NCBI GenBank assembly: GCA_977030845.1
Contig: OZ365116.1
Span: 19,716,001 to 19,780,000, forward strand
Source of the DNA: Fimbriosthenelais zetlandica
Lineage: Eukaryota
Direction of reading: 5' to 3'
DNA length: 64,000 nucleotides
In this document: positions 10,231 to 23,600 of the stretch, piece by piece
Position numbering within the stretch: the first letter of the stretch is position 1
How the letters are laid out: each line of letters opens with the position of its first letter
The notes under the pieces: generated by a model
Databases searched by the model: none
The model's input: only the letters and a program-made list of their open reading frames with translations
What the model was told of the DNA's origin: nothing
Position numbers and translations under genes: made by a program

Positions 10231-12074
10231 TGTCCTCATCCTTGGAGCTGATCTTAGACAGTGGAATTCCAAGTCCGTAGGGCATGCTACTGGAGGTGGT
10301 GCTGGTAGAGTGAACTAGAGCCATGCCTGCAGCTGATGTGGGTGACATGGGCGTCACTCCAGGGTAGGTATACCTAGATGAGGCATGGGAACTGTTACTC
10401 GGTGTGGGTGAAGGTGGAGGATGACCAGTGATTTGTGAGAAGGAACTTGTTCTTTGCAGACCATCAGGTTGCGATGTTGAAGGGAACATCTTTTCTGATT
10501 GCGTTGATCTGAAGCTGTCTGACCTTTGAATCTGACCAGTTTGAATGTCCTTCTCATGTTGGAGGATGCTCTTGCTGAGCAGACCATGGGCTCGGGCTTG
10601 TTGGATCTGGGCTTGGATGCTACTAGAAGCAGATGAGGAGATGGACTCCATACTCTCTGTTTCAGATAATGTTCCTCGCATGGCACCATTGTGAAGTGAT
10701 GGTGGAGCCGACTTGATCCAGGGACTGCCGCTGGGGCTGGTCGGGTTTGACATGGCACTGGCTGGTCGGTTATTGAGATAGTCTGTGGGTAGATAGGAGA
10801 TATTAACATAGTGTGAGGTGCTCACAGGTGAGGTGGAACTGCCCTGTGAGCAGCTCGATGGACCAGAGTAAGTATTACTCCTGGTGTATGGGTGATGCAA
10901 TGAGGGATCCTGTTTGCTGAACGTAGCATGGGGGTTGGAGATTATCGTGCCGTTTACAATAGTTGGGCCACCTTCGGAGGTCTGTACCTTGCCATTCAGG
11001 CTGCTACGGCTACCAAACAGTCTTTCCCTTATGGCCACATCAGGGCGTTTTCTGCCAAGGGTGCTCGACCGATACTCTTCAGTCGAGGCTGGGGCCTGAC
11101 CAGCGTTCACTGCTACAGTACTCTGGGACTTGGATGTTACAAGGTTGTGTCCCCCTGAACGTCTCTTACGTTCCAGTGTGCTGGCACTGTATGCCTCAGG
11201 CCCCATGTCAGTGGAAGGATCTTTATGGTAGCTGCTAGCGCCAGTCTGCGTTCCACTCGCCGTTTTCTGTACACTCTTCATTGAGCCTGTATAGTTAGCC
11301 AGCCTCTCCCCTCTTTGTTGTGCTTTTTCACTCTCTGTGAGTTTCATTCCAATCTGCCGACCACCAATTGACCCACCACTCTTGTTGCTGCCGGTGGATC
11401 CAGTGCTAACATTGGACAAGGGTCTTCGCAGGAATCCCCCCTGAGGGGGACGCCCAGCTTGGCCCTTCCGCAACATGAGTGTGTGATCTGTGTTGGTCTC
11501 AGAGTCTCTTTTCTCCTTGACTGGAGCAGCAGCAGGTGGTTTGGCACTTGTATGATGAGGACTACTAATACTTCCAGCCTCCAGGTAACTGTTCTTCAGA
11601 TTAGGATCTTCCACTGCATAGCCTGTACCATGGTGCTGACCCGACCGTGGATCCAGCCCTCCCGGACCTTGTCCAGGCTTCCTTATAAAGGCACCAGCTG
11701 GTGGGATGTCCACCGTCCGGTATATAGGATGCGGTCCAACATTTCTGTCCTTGTTCCAATGAGTGCGATCCAAGGAACCATCACTTCGTCCATCAGCGGA
11801 TTGAGAGCGGTCACCGCCTATTAAATATTTCCTCAAAGAGAAGTCTCCTGTCTCCCTGCTTCGATCCAATAGCCCGTTACCACTCTTCAATAAGCCAAAT
11901 TTGTTCTGGTGGCTGAATGGGGATTGGTTCAGAGGGACCCTTTTCAGACTCCCATACGGGTTTGTGTGTTCTGAGCCTGCACTCAGAGAGGACCCGGTCA
12001 GATTCTCGTCAGTACTGATCTCATTGATGGTATCACTGATCTCTCCACTGCTGATTGAACTGCTGTCATCAAAA
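10231..12074 (-). CDS. NAV2-like (sick/unc-53): NAV coding exon, 1844 nt; Ser/Gly/Pro-rich central region
   Basis: Contains most of the 635-aa ORF 10187-12094. Acceptor tcttatatttttcag|T at 12075 completes the AG|T (Ser) codon left by the upstream exon. Donor GACA|gtaagt at 10230 (phase 1). Begins FDDSSSISSGEISDT. Confidence 0.93.
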
Positions 12075-15000
12075 CTGAAAAATATAAGAGACAAACCTCA
12101 TAAGTATCTTCTCCTTTAAGTAAAATCATTGCATCTGTAATAATTCTCTATCTAGCAACATGGGGGGATGGCAGTAAATCATATACTATAAAAATCCTTC
12201 CACTACATTAGACCTAAATAGAGTAAGCTTAGCTAGACTAGGCCATCATCAATAACCAGGACTGCTTACAGTCTGTCCACCTTTTTATCACTGAATATAT
12301 ATTTACGCCCTGCTAGGTAATGTTTTATGGCTGTAAATCATTTACAGACATTGCGGCGGCGAGTTCTGTACTTTATACCCGGTGAGACCCACTAAACACC
12401 TGCCGGTGTCGCTGTGTGAGCAGGTCGGCTAGTAAGAAGTGACCTTTCTACTTGTGGGTTACTCCCTCAAACATTCTGACAGCATGAGCAGATCTGGGTG
12501 TGTGAAGGTGAAGGAGTGTGAGCATCAGTAGGTGTATGGTTGTGGGTGGAAGGTGAGGTGTAATGGAGTCAGGGTTGTATGTTGTTATTCACTTAAACCT
12601 CCAATGTGTTTTGACATTAATACTGCAGATGTTCGTGTACACACATTTACTTCACAAATAAAAAAATTACCAACACAGCACATTCTTGACGTAAAAGAAA
12701 GGTGCGAGGAAAAGCAAAGGGGAGCCAAGAAACCAATAAGATCATTGGAGGTGAAGCAACTATAGAAATAGAGTAAAAATGGATGATGAGGAACATATAG
12801 AAACTCAGCTCTTGATTTTACAGTGGTCTAGAGGGTCTGGGAAGGGAAAGTGTGAGGGAAAGAGGACAAGGATCTATCTATGAGGTCAGACAACAGGTTA
12901 ATTAACAATGTCACAAGTTATAAGCAGAGCCATCGCACCGCCCATGCTGATTTATTGACCCCTGACAGAAGTGGGAAGATGGATGGTTGTGGTTAATCTT
13001 CATGATGAGTACCTGATCGTCATGTGGCTGTCTACATCAGTCAGGACCTGTCATATTCCTTACTATTTACACCTTTACTCAGTGGATATAATTGGGCAGT
13101 TACCTTGATAATTTCCTCATATTCATCATAATCTTCATACTGTTTTATGTACAGGGCAATGTTCTCTTTATCATTTGTGCAGTGCACTGCTGCGATAGAC
13201 ATATCTTACTCAATATAAAAAGATTTAACAGATTATTTTAAAAAAAAAAAAGCGGTACAAGGTTTAGTAATATTCGCCTGTGATTTCTCATAGCTAAGGA
13301 CCTGGGATAACATAACGTTCTTTCTTGATGTTAAAGATGTCCTTGTTGTTAAAAATTAACAAAGACGAGTCACTTTGAACTACGTCGAAGTAAATTCTTC
13401 TAAATAATTAATAGCATTTTTATGTTCAAGAAACTTGACACAATCGCCAGCCTCTAGGGCTTATACAGGAACATAATGCTGCCTATAAACCATGGCTCAG
13501 GGATGTGTATTGGCAAGAATGGAAATGTATGCCAAAACCTCGGTGCAATAGGTGTTTAGAAAACAAGGAAGACGGGGCCTTTCAGGTAAAATGCATACAT
13601 TAAAGGTCCACAAGTAAAAACAGCCTTTTGTATATATTTATCTTTGGCAATCAGCATGATCTGCAGGGCTTCACCCTTTTTTAAACAGAAATCTGACAAA
13701 CAAGTAAAAAAGCATTTATAGACGATATAAATATTATTTCAGATATCCCCCTGGATGTTTGGTTGGTAGATGTGGAATGAGAGGGCGTGGCTAAGTTGTC
13801 ACGTGTCCCTGGTAGCATGGTCCGGGGAATTTATAAAACACGATGAAAAAAGTATGATAAACCATGATCCGTGATGTGTATAACCCCAAACTAAGTTATG
13901 ATAACAGATTACAAGGTGTTTATCATTATGCCAACTCCCTATGTTAGTATTTTTCTTCTTGTTTCATCCTTTTGTTCAGGCAACAGGTTTGTAAATCATT
14001 AGACCAAGGCTCTTTGTACTCTTTCATCCGTTTCATTTTTGGTTTGCCTTTGATTTTCGACTAGATAGAGTCTAATGGTCGTGAAGCTTCATCCCGATTG
14101 AAATCCTATCTAAACACTTACAGACATTGTGGTCAGGGTTGATGTCACTGGTGAGGAGTTTTTATATTATATACCTTTACAGAAAGCAATATTCCAGCCA
14201 ATTCCTTACATATACGTGAGGCAAAAATACGACAACAGAGGGCTGGAATGACACCCTGAGGATATCTGTACCTCTCCTCAAAGCCATGGAAATGACTCAA
14301 ATCTCTAACAAGTTCAGAGACCAATATTACAAATGTCAGCATGACCTATTGCCTCCTGTCTCTGTCATCAACATGCCCGCCACAAACCATCCTCTTATCA
14401 TTATCTCACACCCTTCAGCTAGACCTTTCTTTCACTCTCCTTTAGCCTTTTCTTCTCGCCATATTTTTATGTGATGGCAGATTCACTTCAATTCAGATGT
14501 TTTATTTGCCTTGTCAAGTAAGGGAAGCACAGCAATGTAACACTATATTCATTGTGAGAGACCACAATAGAGCTTCCTGTCCAATCAAATCAGACAATAC
14601 ATCTGAGAGACACCAGTCAACGAGGAATACATACTTGCACGGAGGAGGTCTCAAGGAAAAGTGCTACAGGCCCAGGGCTGTATTTATCTTCATCACTGAT
14701 TAAAAAAAAATCTCCTAAAATCACATCTGGGATATTTGATAGCCTAGCATTTTAATTTTGTCCTTATCAGGTTTCAATGAGATGAACAGGGATTAAGATT
14801 GGGTAAGAAAACAGCACAAAGAAAACTATGGAAAACTTCTGAAGTTGACGACAAAAAACTGAGGTAATATTTATCTCCTAACAAGGAAATTCCATCATGG
14901 GTGCCTTCACAATTAGAAGCATTATCACAGTGTATTTTCCCCCTGCTCTGTCACAAGACCGTAGGCTTTATGTCGTTTGAAGAGGCTGGGTCCATGTAGG

Positions 15001-15565
15001 GATTCAATTCATTTATCTATATTATTAAAAGGAGAAAGGATTCAGTTGAGGGAAGTCTTAGCTTGGGTCAAAAATTTCCCAAGGAATTTGAACTGCAAAA
15101 ACAGGCCCCATTGTAATATCCCTAGCAATAATTAGGAATAATCCAACATGTTTGACATGTAGTACTATGTACACAAGTATGGACAAATGTCCCCGTCATA
15201 GTATACAATAGCATAGCTCTCCTTCCTAGCCCTCTTCCAATATATATACCCCGGTACATTCACCACGATTGAATGTCAATATAATTAAAGGCCCCCAAAG
15301 TAGTAGAGGGTAGTGAGGGGTAACTCATGTTAAACTTGGCTGGATTTGATCTGAAGTAGCTAGCATTGTCCCTGTGATATATACAAATATTACGGGCGAT
15401 AATAGGGAGGATTACCAGTCAAACAATACAATCTCTTCCCACGGCACTTCAAACTTCCTCAGTTAAAGGGCAAAGAGCAGAAAGAAATACCAGAGAGAAA
15501 TGTTTACATGACATCAAAATAAAACTTATAATGCTACATAACGAATATGTCAGTCTCTTTATAAC

Positions 15566-15609
15566 AAAATTCATGTAAATAGGGGCCAAAATTCATGTAA
15601 ATAGGGGCC
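15566..15609. repeat. 22-bp perfect tandem duplication (aaaattcatgtaaataggggcc x2)
   Basis: Direct reading. Confidence 0.9.
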
Positions 15610-18600
15610 AAAATAAACCTATATCAACTGAGGACGTTGAACTTGTAGAGAGTAAATGAATGAATGTACCTCGTTTACTTTAAGTTTTATCATAACAGAA
15701 GCAATATAGGCGAGGCATCGTGTTTCAATTTGGCAAAACACTATTGAACAAATATCCAGCAATCTAAGCTCAATATTTCCTCTGAAGTTTGGAGCTGCTC
15801 TAGGTAATCAAGTGTCAGGCCTTCAGGGGATCTCTGGAATTTAGGCCTGTCCCAGACCCCTCAGAATGGGGCTCTATATTTAGCCCCTTATCTAAGAATG
15901 TTTATATTAAGTATACCACCCACTAATGGTCCGAGCTTATACATACAAATAGTGGCTATAGGAGTCACTCATGCTATGTTGAGAGTTCCTCAATTACCCT
16001 TGACATATATCTAGGAGAAAAGACGAAAGGTTCTTCATAAAGTTGCATTGTCCTCAGACCATAAGGGATCTAGTAGGTCCCTGAAGGAATGTCGAAAGGA
16101 CAATGGTCTTTAAAGGACGCCTCACTAAAAGGACAGTTTATATACTACTCGTCATGGTTGTCTCCTGTATTTTGTGACAGGGAATATGGAGTAACCAATG
16201 TCATGGGAGAAGCACAGATATATGGCTTAAAATCTTGGGGAAAAGAGGCATTCTAATCATTCATGTCATTCAATTCCCCACTGAAAGAATGCACATACAG
16301 GCTATAGCCTATATTTCTGTTATGACTTAGCCCAGGCCTATGGCCTGAGGGCTTCTCTTGCCTCTCTACCTCTCCCTCTCTCCCCCTTTGTTTGCCCGCT
16401 TGTACAGCTGGCATCAGCTGGACATCACATGGACCCACGAGCATCTCTTTCTGACAGCACAGAAAGCTTATCCTTCAGAAAATGAACAGATTTAACTCAC
16501 ATGCCTCAATATAGCAGTTAAATTATGGCGTTTCCAACGTTCGTGAAAAGTTTCCAGGAAGTCTAAAAAAAGCACAGAAATCTGTTTCCAGTTTCTATTC
16601 CGATTTTCCTGGGATAAACACCTTTTTACTATGAAGATGTGGCCACTTACAGTGCATCTTAATAATAACCAGGCCGTATGTACTTTTTGCAGGTAGCTCC
16701 TTTTCGTCTGTCGCTAATTTCAGCAGAAATATCCAGGACGTCTATCCCAAAAATAGCTGGTCGTCACAGAAAATAAAGGTGAACACTTTCCTCCAGAATG
16801 TGACCTATATAATGACGGAGTAGCTCTTAACTGCTCATAGCCTTCATACAGTAGGTCTATGAGAGGCATATGTACTGAAGATGTGTGTAGTATGTGTGTG
16901 GGATATATGGGTGAGTGGAAAATATGCGTGGGTAAGTAATAAAGAGACCTACATATATACGAAGATATCTGGGTGGTGTCCTATGGGAGGATAATCTCCA
17001 TGTCTCACCAGCTCCTCGTGTGTTGTGTATATATGTTTACTTTTCTGCCTCCTGCTTCCCCTTCCTCCTCCAGTGCCTGCCAAACCCTCTAATGCATCTC
17101 CCTCCCTTCCTCCCCTCCTTCCTGCCACCCTCCCACACCAGCATGTGCCCCACTACAGCTGTTAAAACTGGCCGATGAGTAAAGGGTTGGGATGCAGGGG
17201 GCACACTCATCTCATCTCTTCTTCCAGCCAAAATGATCACCTGTGTATTTAATATCACAAAGCATGGATTTGGGAATAAAAGCTACTCTTAAATTAGCAG
17301 AATAACATCCAATGTTTAGCAAGGGGATACTCGACACTTCTTTTAAAATGTTAAAATCATAGAGACCTTTCCTCATTTGAAATGGAAATGATTTCAAAGG
17401 GAAATATCAAAGTTATGTTGTCATTACGTTACAGGGGGATGTAAAGATTATAAATGGATGTAGGAAGTGTAACATTAAGCGGTCCTGGGTTTTAGAAGTG
17501 TCCCCCATCCACCTATAAAGCCATAGACACAATTTCTTATCCTGACCACTCATGATTAGAGACGCCCCTGGATTTCCTGATAGGAGATGGACCATGTTGT
17601 TTCTCCTGGGAGGCACTAGGGCAAGCCTCCAATGTACTGTCAGCAATGGGCAAGTAGAGTCCGGACAGGGCCTGCTCTCTCTCAGGCTTGTACCATTACT
17701 TCCACACGGGGGCAAGACTTGCTTTCAGAATGACAAATTAAGGCCAATAAACGTCTATATACGGCTGTCATACACCAAAACTATTCACTTAAGTCAGCCA
17801 TTTTGTTCTAGAAAAGGCAGTAAATTTAAGAAATTCGTTCTTCTGCCTTTGCTGGTGTTAATCTCTGGGTAACCTTTCTTTCAATGGTGGTGCCAATTAT
17901 CAGCTGGTCAATTTTGACCGATCATTCCCTGCCTTGCTATTGCATGTGCCTTGACCCGTATTATTAGTTTTCAGATTGGCTAAAGGGCCTTTAGATTGGA
18001 CTGGGGCAGTTGAAAGCCAGGTTAGTTTCAGGGCCTGATTCTTGTCAGGGTGAGAGGAAATGTTAAAGGTTACCTGAGGATCTGTGGCTCGGACATGGAA
18101 TCATCGAGGAGGACAGGTGGGAAGGAAAGGGGGAGAGAAGGGGGATAAAGAGGTGCAAGAAGGGAAATAGGAGGATTAAGAGATCAGGAAGAGCAACTGC
18201 ACGAATGGTTGGAGAGAAAAGCAAAGGGAAGAGTATTGGGAAGAGCAGGAAAAGATGACGAGAAGAGAAGTCGGAGGTAGAAAGGGTGATTTGAGATGTG
18301 TGGTATGTGTTTCCTGAGATCCAAGTGAAGATTAATGCGTCAGTGAGAACCATTAAGCCAAGCTGGTTCCTCTGATCTCCAGGGGAGGTTGGAGGTGTAG
18401 ACATGCCATCAGCCCTCACTCCCTACAATTTACTCTTCAATAAGGTGAATAAATAATGGCTGAATTGAAATTCATCCAAACATTATCATTTTGAAAATGA
18501 CCATTAGGTGGAAGTTCGCGAACAAGAGAATGCAATCATGCATCGTTATCATTGTAACCTTTCAATTGTGAGGGTAGATGGACACATTTTAGGATACATT

Positions 18601-20659
18601 ATGGCACGTCTAGTGTTAAGACGGGGTGCCCCAGGCTCTCTGGGAGGGGGCGGTCTACATCTAAAAGGGTTCTTCTGAAGCTCAGTGAAATACAAATTCT
18701 CTGATTGAATTAAGGAAGCAGTCAGTGATGTGTTAATGCTTTCTGCCGACCGAGTAGAACCAGATTACATGGATAGCTACTCTCCACTTTGAATTCCTTC
18801 ACAGAGTATTGTATATATCATTATGATATATAAGCGGCTTGGGCTTGTGAGAAGGTATGGCTCAAATTATGATGAAAGCAAGTCATCATTTCCTCTTGAA
18901 AGTTAAAGCGATGGATATGAACTATCTGGCTTCATGGTTGTTTGAGATAGGAGAAAATAGACCATATTCTCCTCAAATATCGAGGCTATACTAGCGATAA
19001 AGAATAGATCAAGACCAGAAAATTCCTTTTAGGAAAAGTTACTGCATAGTTTGGCCCATATTTTTAGTTAGTGCAATTTCATCCAAACATAGTTGCTTCA
19101 GCAATTTTAAAGTCATTTCGCTCCAAATTTAACCCCTAGAATCTCACAGATTCCATGCACAGGGCCGATCCCCATGGGGCAGGTCAATATGGCGACAATT
19201 ATTGCTCGCCACGTTCCCTCATGGTGCCCTGAGCAACTCGCTGTGACATGAGTTCAACGCCCCACTGCGGCGACAGCTCAAGTGAGTAGTTGACTGTGGC
19301 GCCGGCCAATGGTCAGGGACGAGATAGAGAAGGGTGGAGGGGAGGGGAGGGGAGGGGTGTTGGGGGCTGAGGGAATGGGTATATATCTACACGGTCAGGT
19401 AGACGCAGATGTTTCAAACTGCTGTCAGTTCAAAACGATTTTTACATCCTTCAGACTCAAGGATGGCCATGTGTAAGGAATAACCAAAGCAAGCGTGGCA
19501 GAAATAGTTCAAGCAGAGAGTATAGACCTGGTGTATTCAGTTTTACACCATCAAAGTCGTAATTCATTTTCAGAACCATAAACTTTCACAAAAAGTCTGA
19601 ATCAGCTAAATGTCAGGGATAGGGAGTATAGGATAGAAGGTTTCTCTAAAGTGGATATAAGTCATTCCATTTTATCTCCTTTCGTATCAAACCAAAGTCA
19701 AGTATTCACGACACAAATCTGTTTAGTAGAGATCAAAAGGTGACCTGAAGTTTCTCCTCCATGAAAATCACAACCAAAAACTTCATGGTTTTTGTTCTAC
19801 GCCCAACATCCGGCACTATATAATATTTCATACACATGGGCTGAACTGATGTGGCAACATAACGTTTCAGCCTTGACCTCTGACATTTTAAGTTGACCTC
19901 TGACACCAAGGTCTCTCTCTAGGTGTCGCCTCAGGCAACGTGTGTACATAAACATGAATCTCATTGACTTTCTCCACTAGGGCATTTCTGGCACTCTCTT
20001 ACCGTTCTCTATCAAATATACGTCGTCCATTGACAACCCTACGTAAACATACAAAGGACAATAATGCTAAACACAAATTTAATGGTATTCCAGCTTTAAC
20101 CAAATGAGACTGTCTGAAGAAAAAAGAGTTCATCATTTCTATAAGGACCTAACCAACCCATATATATATGATTGGATGAATGTTGGCAGTATACATTCTA
20201 TGGAAATTAAGAACTGAGTCAAATTGTTATCATATTTAACATGGGTATGAAAGGATCCAAAACCTCGAAGAGAAATGTTAATCCTCCTTTTAGTTGGTGA
20301 TCAATCACTCGGGAGGAGGCTCAGGGATGCAGGGAAGACAACCAAGCTCAATGGCATAAGCCCCTTAATCCCATCCTGGGTTGGGGAGAAGTGTTGGTGA
20401 GCACAGACCCCTGTCTTTAACATGTAAACAGGTCAAACCCCCAGATCCACTTTATGTCACCTCGAGGGGAAAACTCTGACAGAGGCACCTAGCGGGAGAC
20501 AGCCTAATTATCTTCTCAAGCTGAGATCTCATTTACTCCTGCGAGACTTGGCGAGAAAACAGCAGTGGAAGTAGGAGAGTCGGTTGGAGTATGTGTGACC
20601 TCTGGCGTCTAGGGATTTCTGGGGAGACGTGTTTGTCACTTTCCCTACTGAATTACAGA

Positions 20660-20690
20660 ACATGTGGGGCTCGAACCCCAGGTCATCATT
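20660..20690 (-). mobile_element. Isolated tRNA T-arm/B-box-like fragment, probable SINE relic
   Basis: Minus strand gacctggggttcgagccccacatg (B-box 20668-20677); no recognisable A-box upstream. Confidence 0.25.
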
Positions 20691-23600
20691 CCTATTCATT
20701 CCTATTTCTGTCCTGCTGAATACGTCCCCAATAACTGAATGTTTTCTACATTGTCTGGACTGCAGACAGTATTCCACCTCAGCTCCCCATTCACTCATCT
20801 TCCTTAGCTATCACATTCTTAAGGTATTCTCCAGTGGAGAAGGAATTGTAATTATTTCAATGCTTCTTTCAATCAATAAAGTTCAAGACTAGGGCAAGTC
20901 AATGACCCCTGAGCCTCCTGGGAATTCTAGGGAAGCCTGTCTGCCACTTGTATCCCTAAACATGTACGGTAGAGCTCCAACCATAGGTGTCTCTCTCACA
21001 CATTGTCTCCTATAACAGAATGCTTTTCTCATTGTTCACCAAGGCAAACGTCCCTATTGAACAGCATAATGGGAGATAGCAATGTGGATTATTGTGCTCA
21101 TGAATATGGAGATTAGCATGGACACATTCTTCCTAACGTGAGCCACAGGCTGGTGCCATTAGTATTTTGTCTATTAGACCCATTTGCCAGAGTCCCGATT
21201 GCATTAGCATCTGCATTGCACACCAAATTGGGACGAGAGAAAACCAGTATAATAATGTCAGCACATACGCTGTTAAAGGTATTTTTCCTGACTGATTTTG
21301 CTTCCATTTTTCCCTCAGAGATGGCTTAGATAAAGGCAATTTTAGACTTAAAGGTTTCTGTGTCTGCGGACAGAAGAGACTGTCAAATTCCGAAGGATTG
21401 AAACCCCAATAGACAGATATATCAAACTTATTAATGACGATGACTATTATTTCTAAGTTTTAAATCACAGTTCATCACTGAATGAATGTAGCCAGAGATG
21501 GTCGCATCCAAAACAAGAACATTTTCCACGAATGAGTGGTGATCTGGATTGCCAGTCTCAAAATTTAAGAATGACATACCAGGTTAAAGTTAGGCCTTAT
21601 TGGAGTAAACGCAATGTATGTGGTAGTTCTAGATCATTTACTATAGAAATTGTCAAAGGGAAACTTAACCCAGTCAATGGGCATTTGTTATCCTTGACAA
21701 GTATCATGTATCACATAATGACAATGTGTACTGAATCTGTGTCCTAAAGGAGACCATGAATTGTTAAGTAATGGGACATTAAAGGGAGATAACAGTACCA
21801 AAACATGGCATACAAAGCTGATAGGATTAAGATAAGCCTGGCAGAGATGGACAAATAGAAAGCAGTATAATTGTAAAGTTATTGCGCACCCATATTACAA
21901 TAAGTGAATAATCACTATCTTCTTATGTTATTCAGTCATGCATACTGCACTAGATACAAACGAAAAAGATAATATATGGATTTAAGCCCTATTTACATAT
22001 AGGTGTAATTCAAAAGACAAGTCGTTTACCTTTCCAAGATGGTTTCCCATATTGTCTCAAGGGAAAGTTCAGATTGTAAATCCATCTTCAGAAATCTGTT
22101 GTAGCTTTCAAATGATCATGATTGACTTGAGTCTTTCTGTCTGGTAGTTGTCAACGCTCCACTTGACAAGTCATTTGAGGCTTTAACAATAGCGTAGGAC
22201 TTTGACTTTCTTATCGCAATTATGAACCATAATATCTGATAGAGCAATCTTGTTTCAAAATGGCCAGACGAATATCTCCACTTTCAGTCTGGGCTATAGC
22301 GAGGATTTTATGAATAATATAAAGTTAGGTGCGCAGTATAATGTAAGTATACACTGGTGACTTGTCCCCATTAAATCAGTTATATATATGGACATTATAT
22401 ATAACATATACTCAGGGGTAAAACCCTAGTGACCCATATATTTCTCTCACTCCACTGTGTATATACACGAGTGTTGTCCATGTGTATATTTGTATATGGA
22501 TATCCCTCTCTCCAGGCTTGGTGCATTGACGTCTATGGAAGTGAAAGGCTACCTATAGCCCTTCTCCTCTCCCTTCCCTATTTATATACTAGAGAATGTG
22601 TTTCTCTGGATTAAGTTCACATCGAGTATTTGACTGAACCCGTTTAAAGAACACACTGTATACTGTTACATTTACATGCCAACTGGTTGGTACGGATATG
22701 TGAAATTCCATACAGGTCATTGAAACTTTTTAAATAGGATCTCCCATACTCTCTCCGTGTATGGACAATCACTAGTTTTATTCCCAAGTATCCTGTGGAC
22801 AAAAATGTACTCTGAAATGCTTGCAAACTTCTCGATTGGAGTACACAGCACTTTCCATTAATTCGTGTATGAGCGGTCTTTCTTAAGGTTTGCTGAGCAA
22901 AGGGTTCAGTGAGGTATAACAAGAATCCAATTTCCAGTATTGAACAGCTGGGTTACATATGATAAACAAATACGAGTCTTGGTCTTTGTGAGTATAGATG
23001 GAAGCTGCATAGACCTGAGGACTATGAAAACATACCAACATCTATAAGGCTTGCTTTACCCACAGTCTTAGAATGCATTATTACTATAGGACTGGATCAT
23101 AAGCAACTCTTCAAGAGGTACATTTATATGTCCAATGCATATGCCTAAAAGAGCAAGTGCAATTCAAAGTGATAATTGCAATTATCACATGATATTTTAA
23201 AACTAGGAATTGCTTATCTGAGACTATGTATGCACATAGGGAGGTACTCAGAAACCCACATGGTAAAGAATGTAAAGGTATGTAATACAGGGACAACGGA
23301 CTAGTCTATGACAGGCCAACAAGGCTCATAGAATCAAAGCCAATGGAAGATGTCACACAAGATGGTCTTCTGATCAGTGACACTGACTCCATCTGGCTTT
23401 GATAAAGTATTGTTCACTGTTGACAGCTATGTATCTTCACCTGTCAATTGCTACTGACACTGTTCTGCATTAATGGTAACCACCCTGCAACTTTAACTGA
23501 GGAGTTGACAGTGGTACTTTGTTTCCTTGAACAATATTATTCCACTAACATGGGGTTTATCTGTGGGGTACCAGAGGCAGGCTCTATCACTGGGTCTCTC

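Noticed and set aside
10914-12119. Plus-strand and alternate-frame ORFs over the 1844-nt exon
   Set aside because: Same shadow effect; the NAV frame explains the region.
19997-20030. ATG...AAC G|gtaaga mini-ORF (MDDVYLIEN)
   Set aside because: Phase 1, incompatible with the phase-2 host intron.
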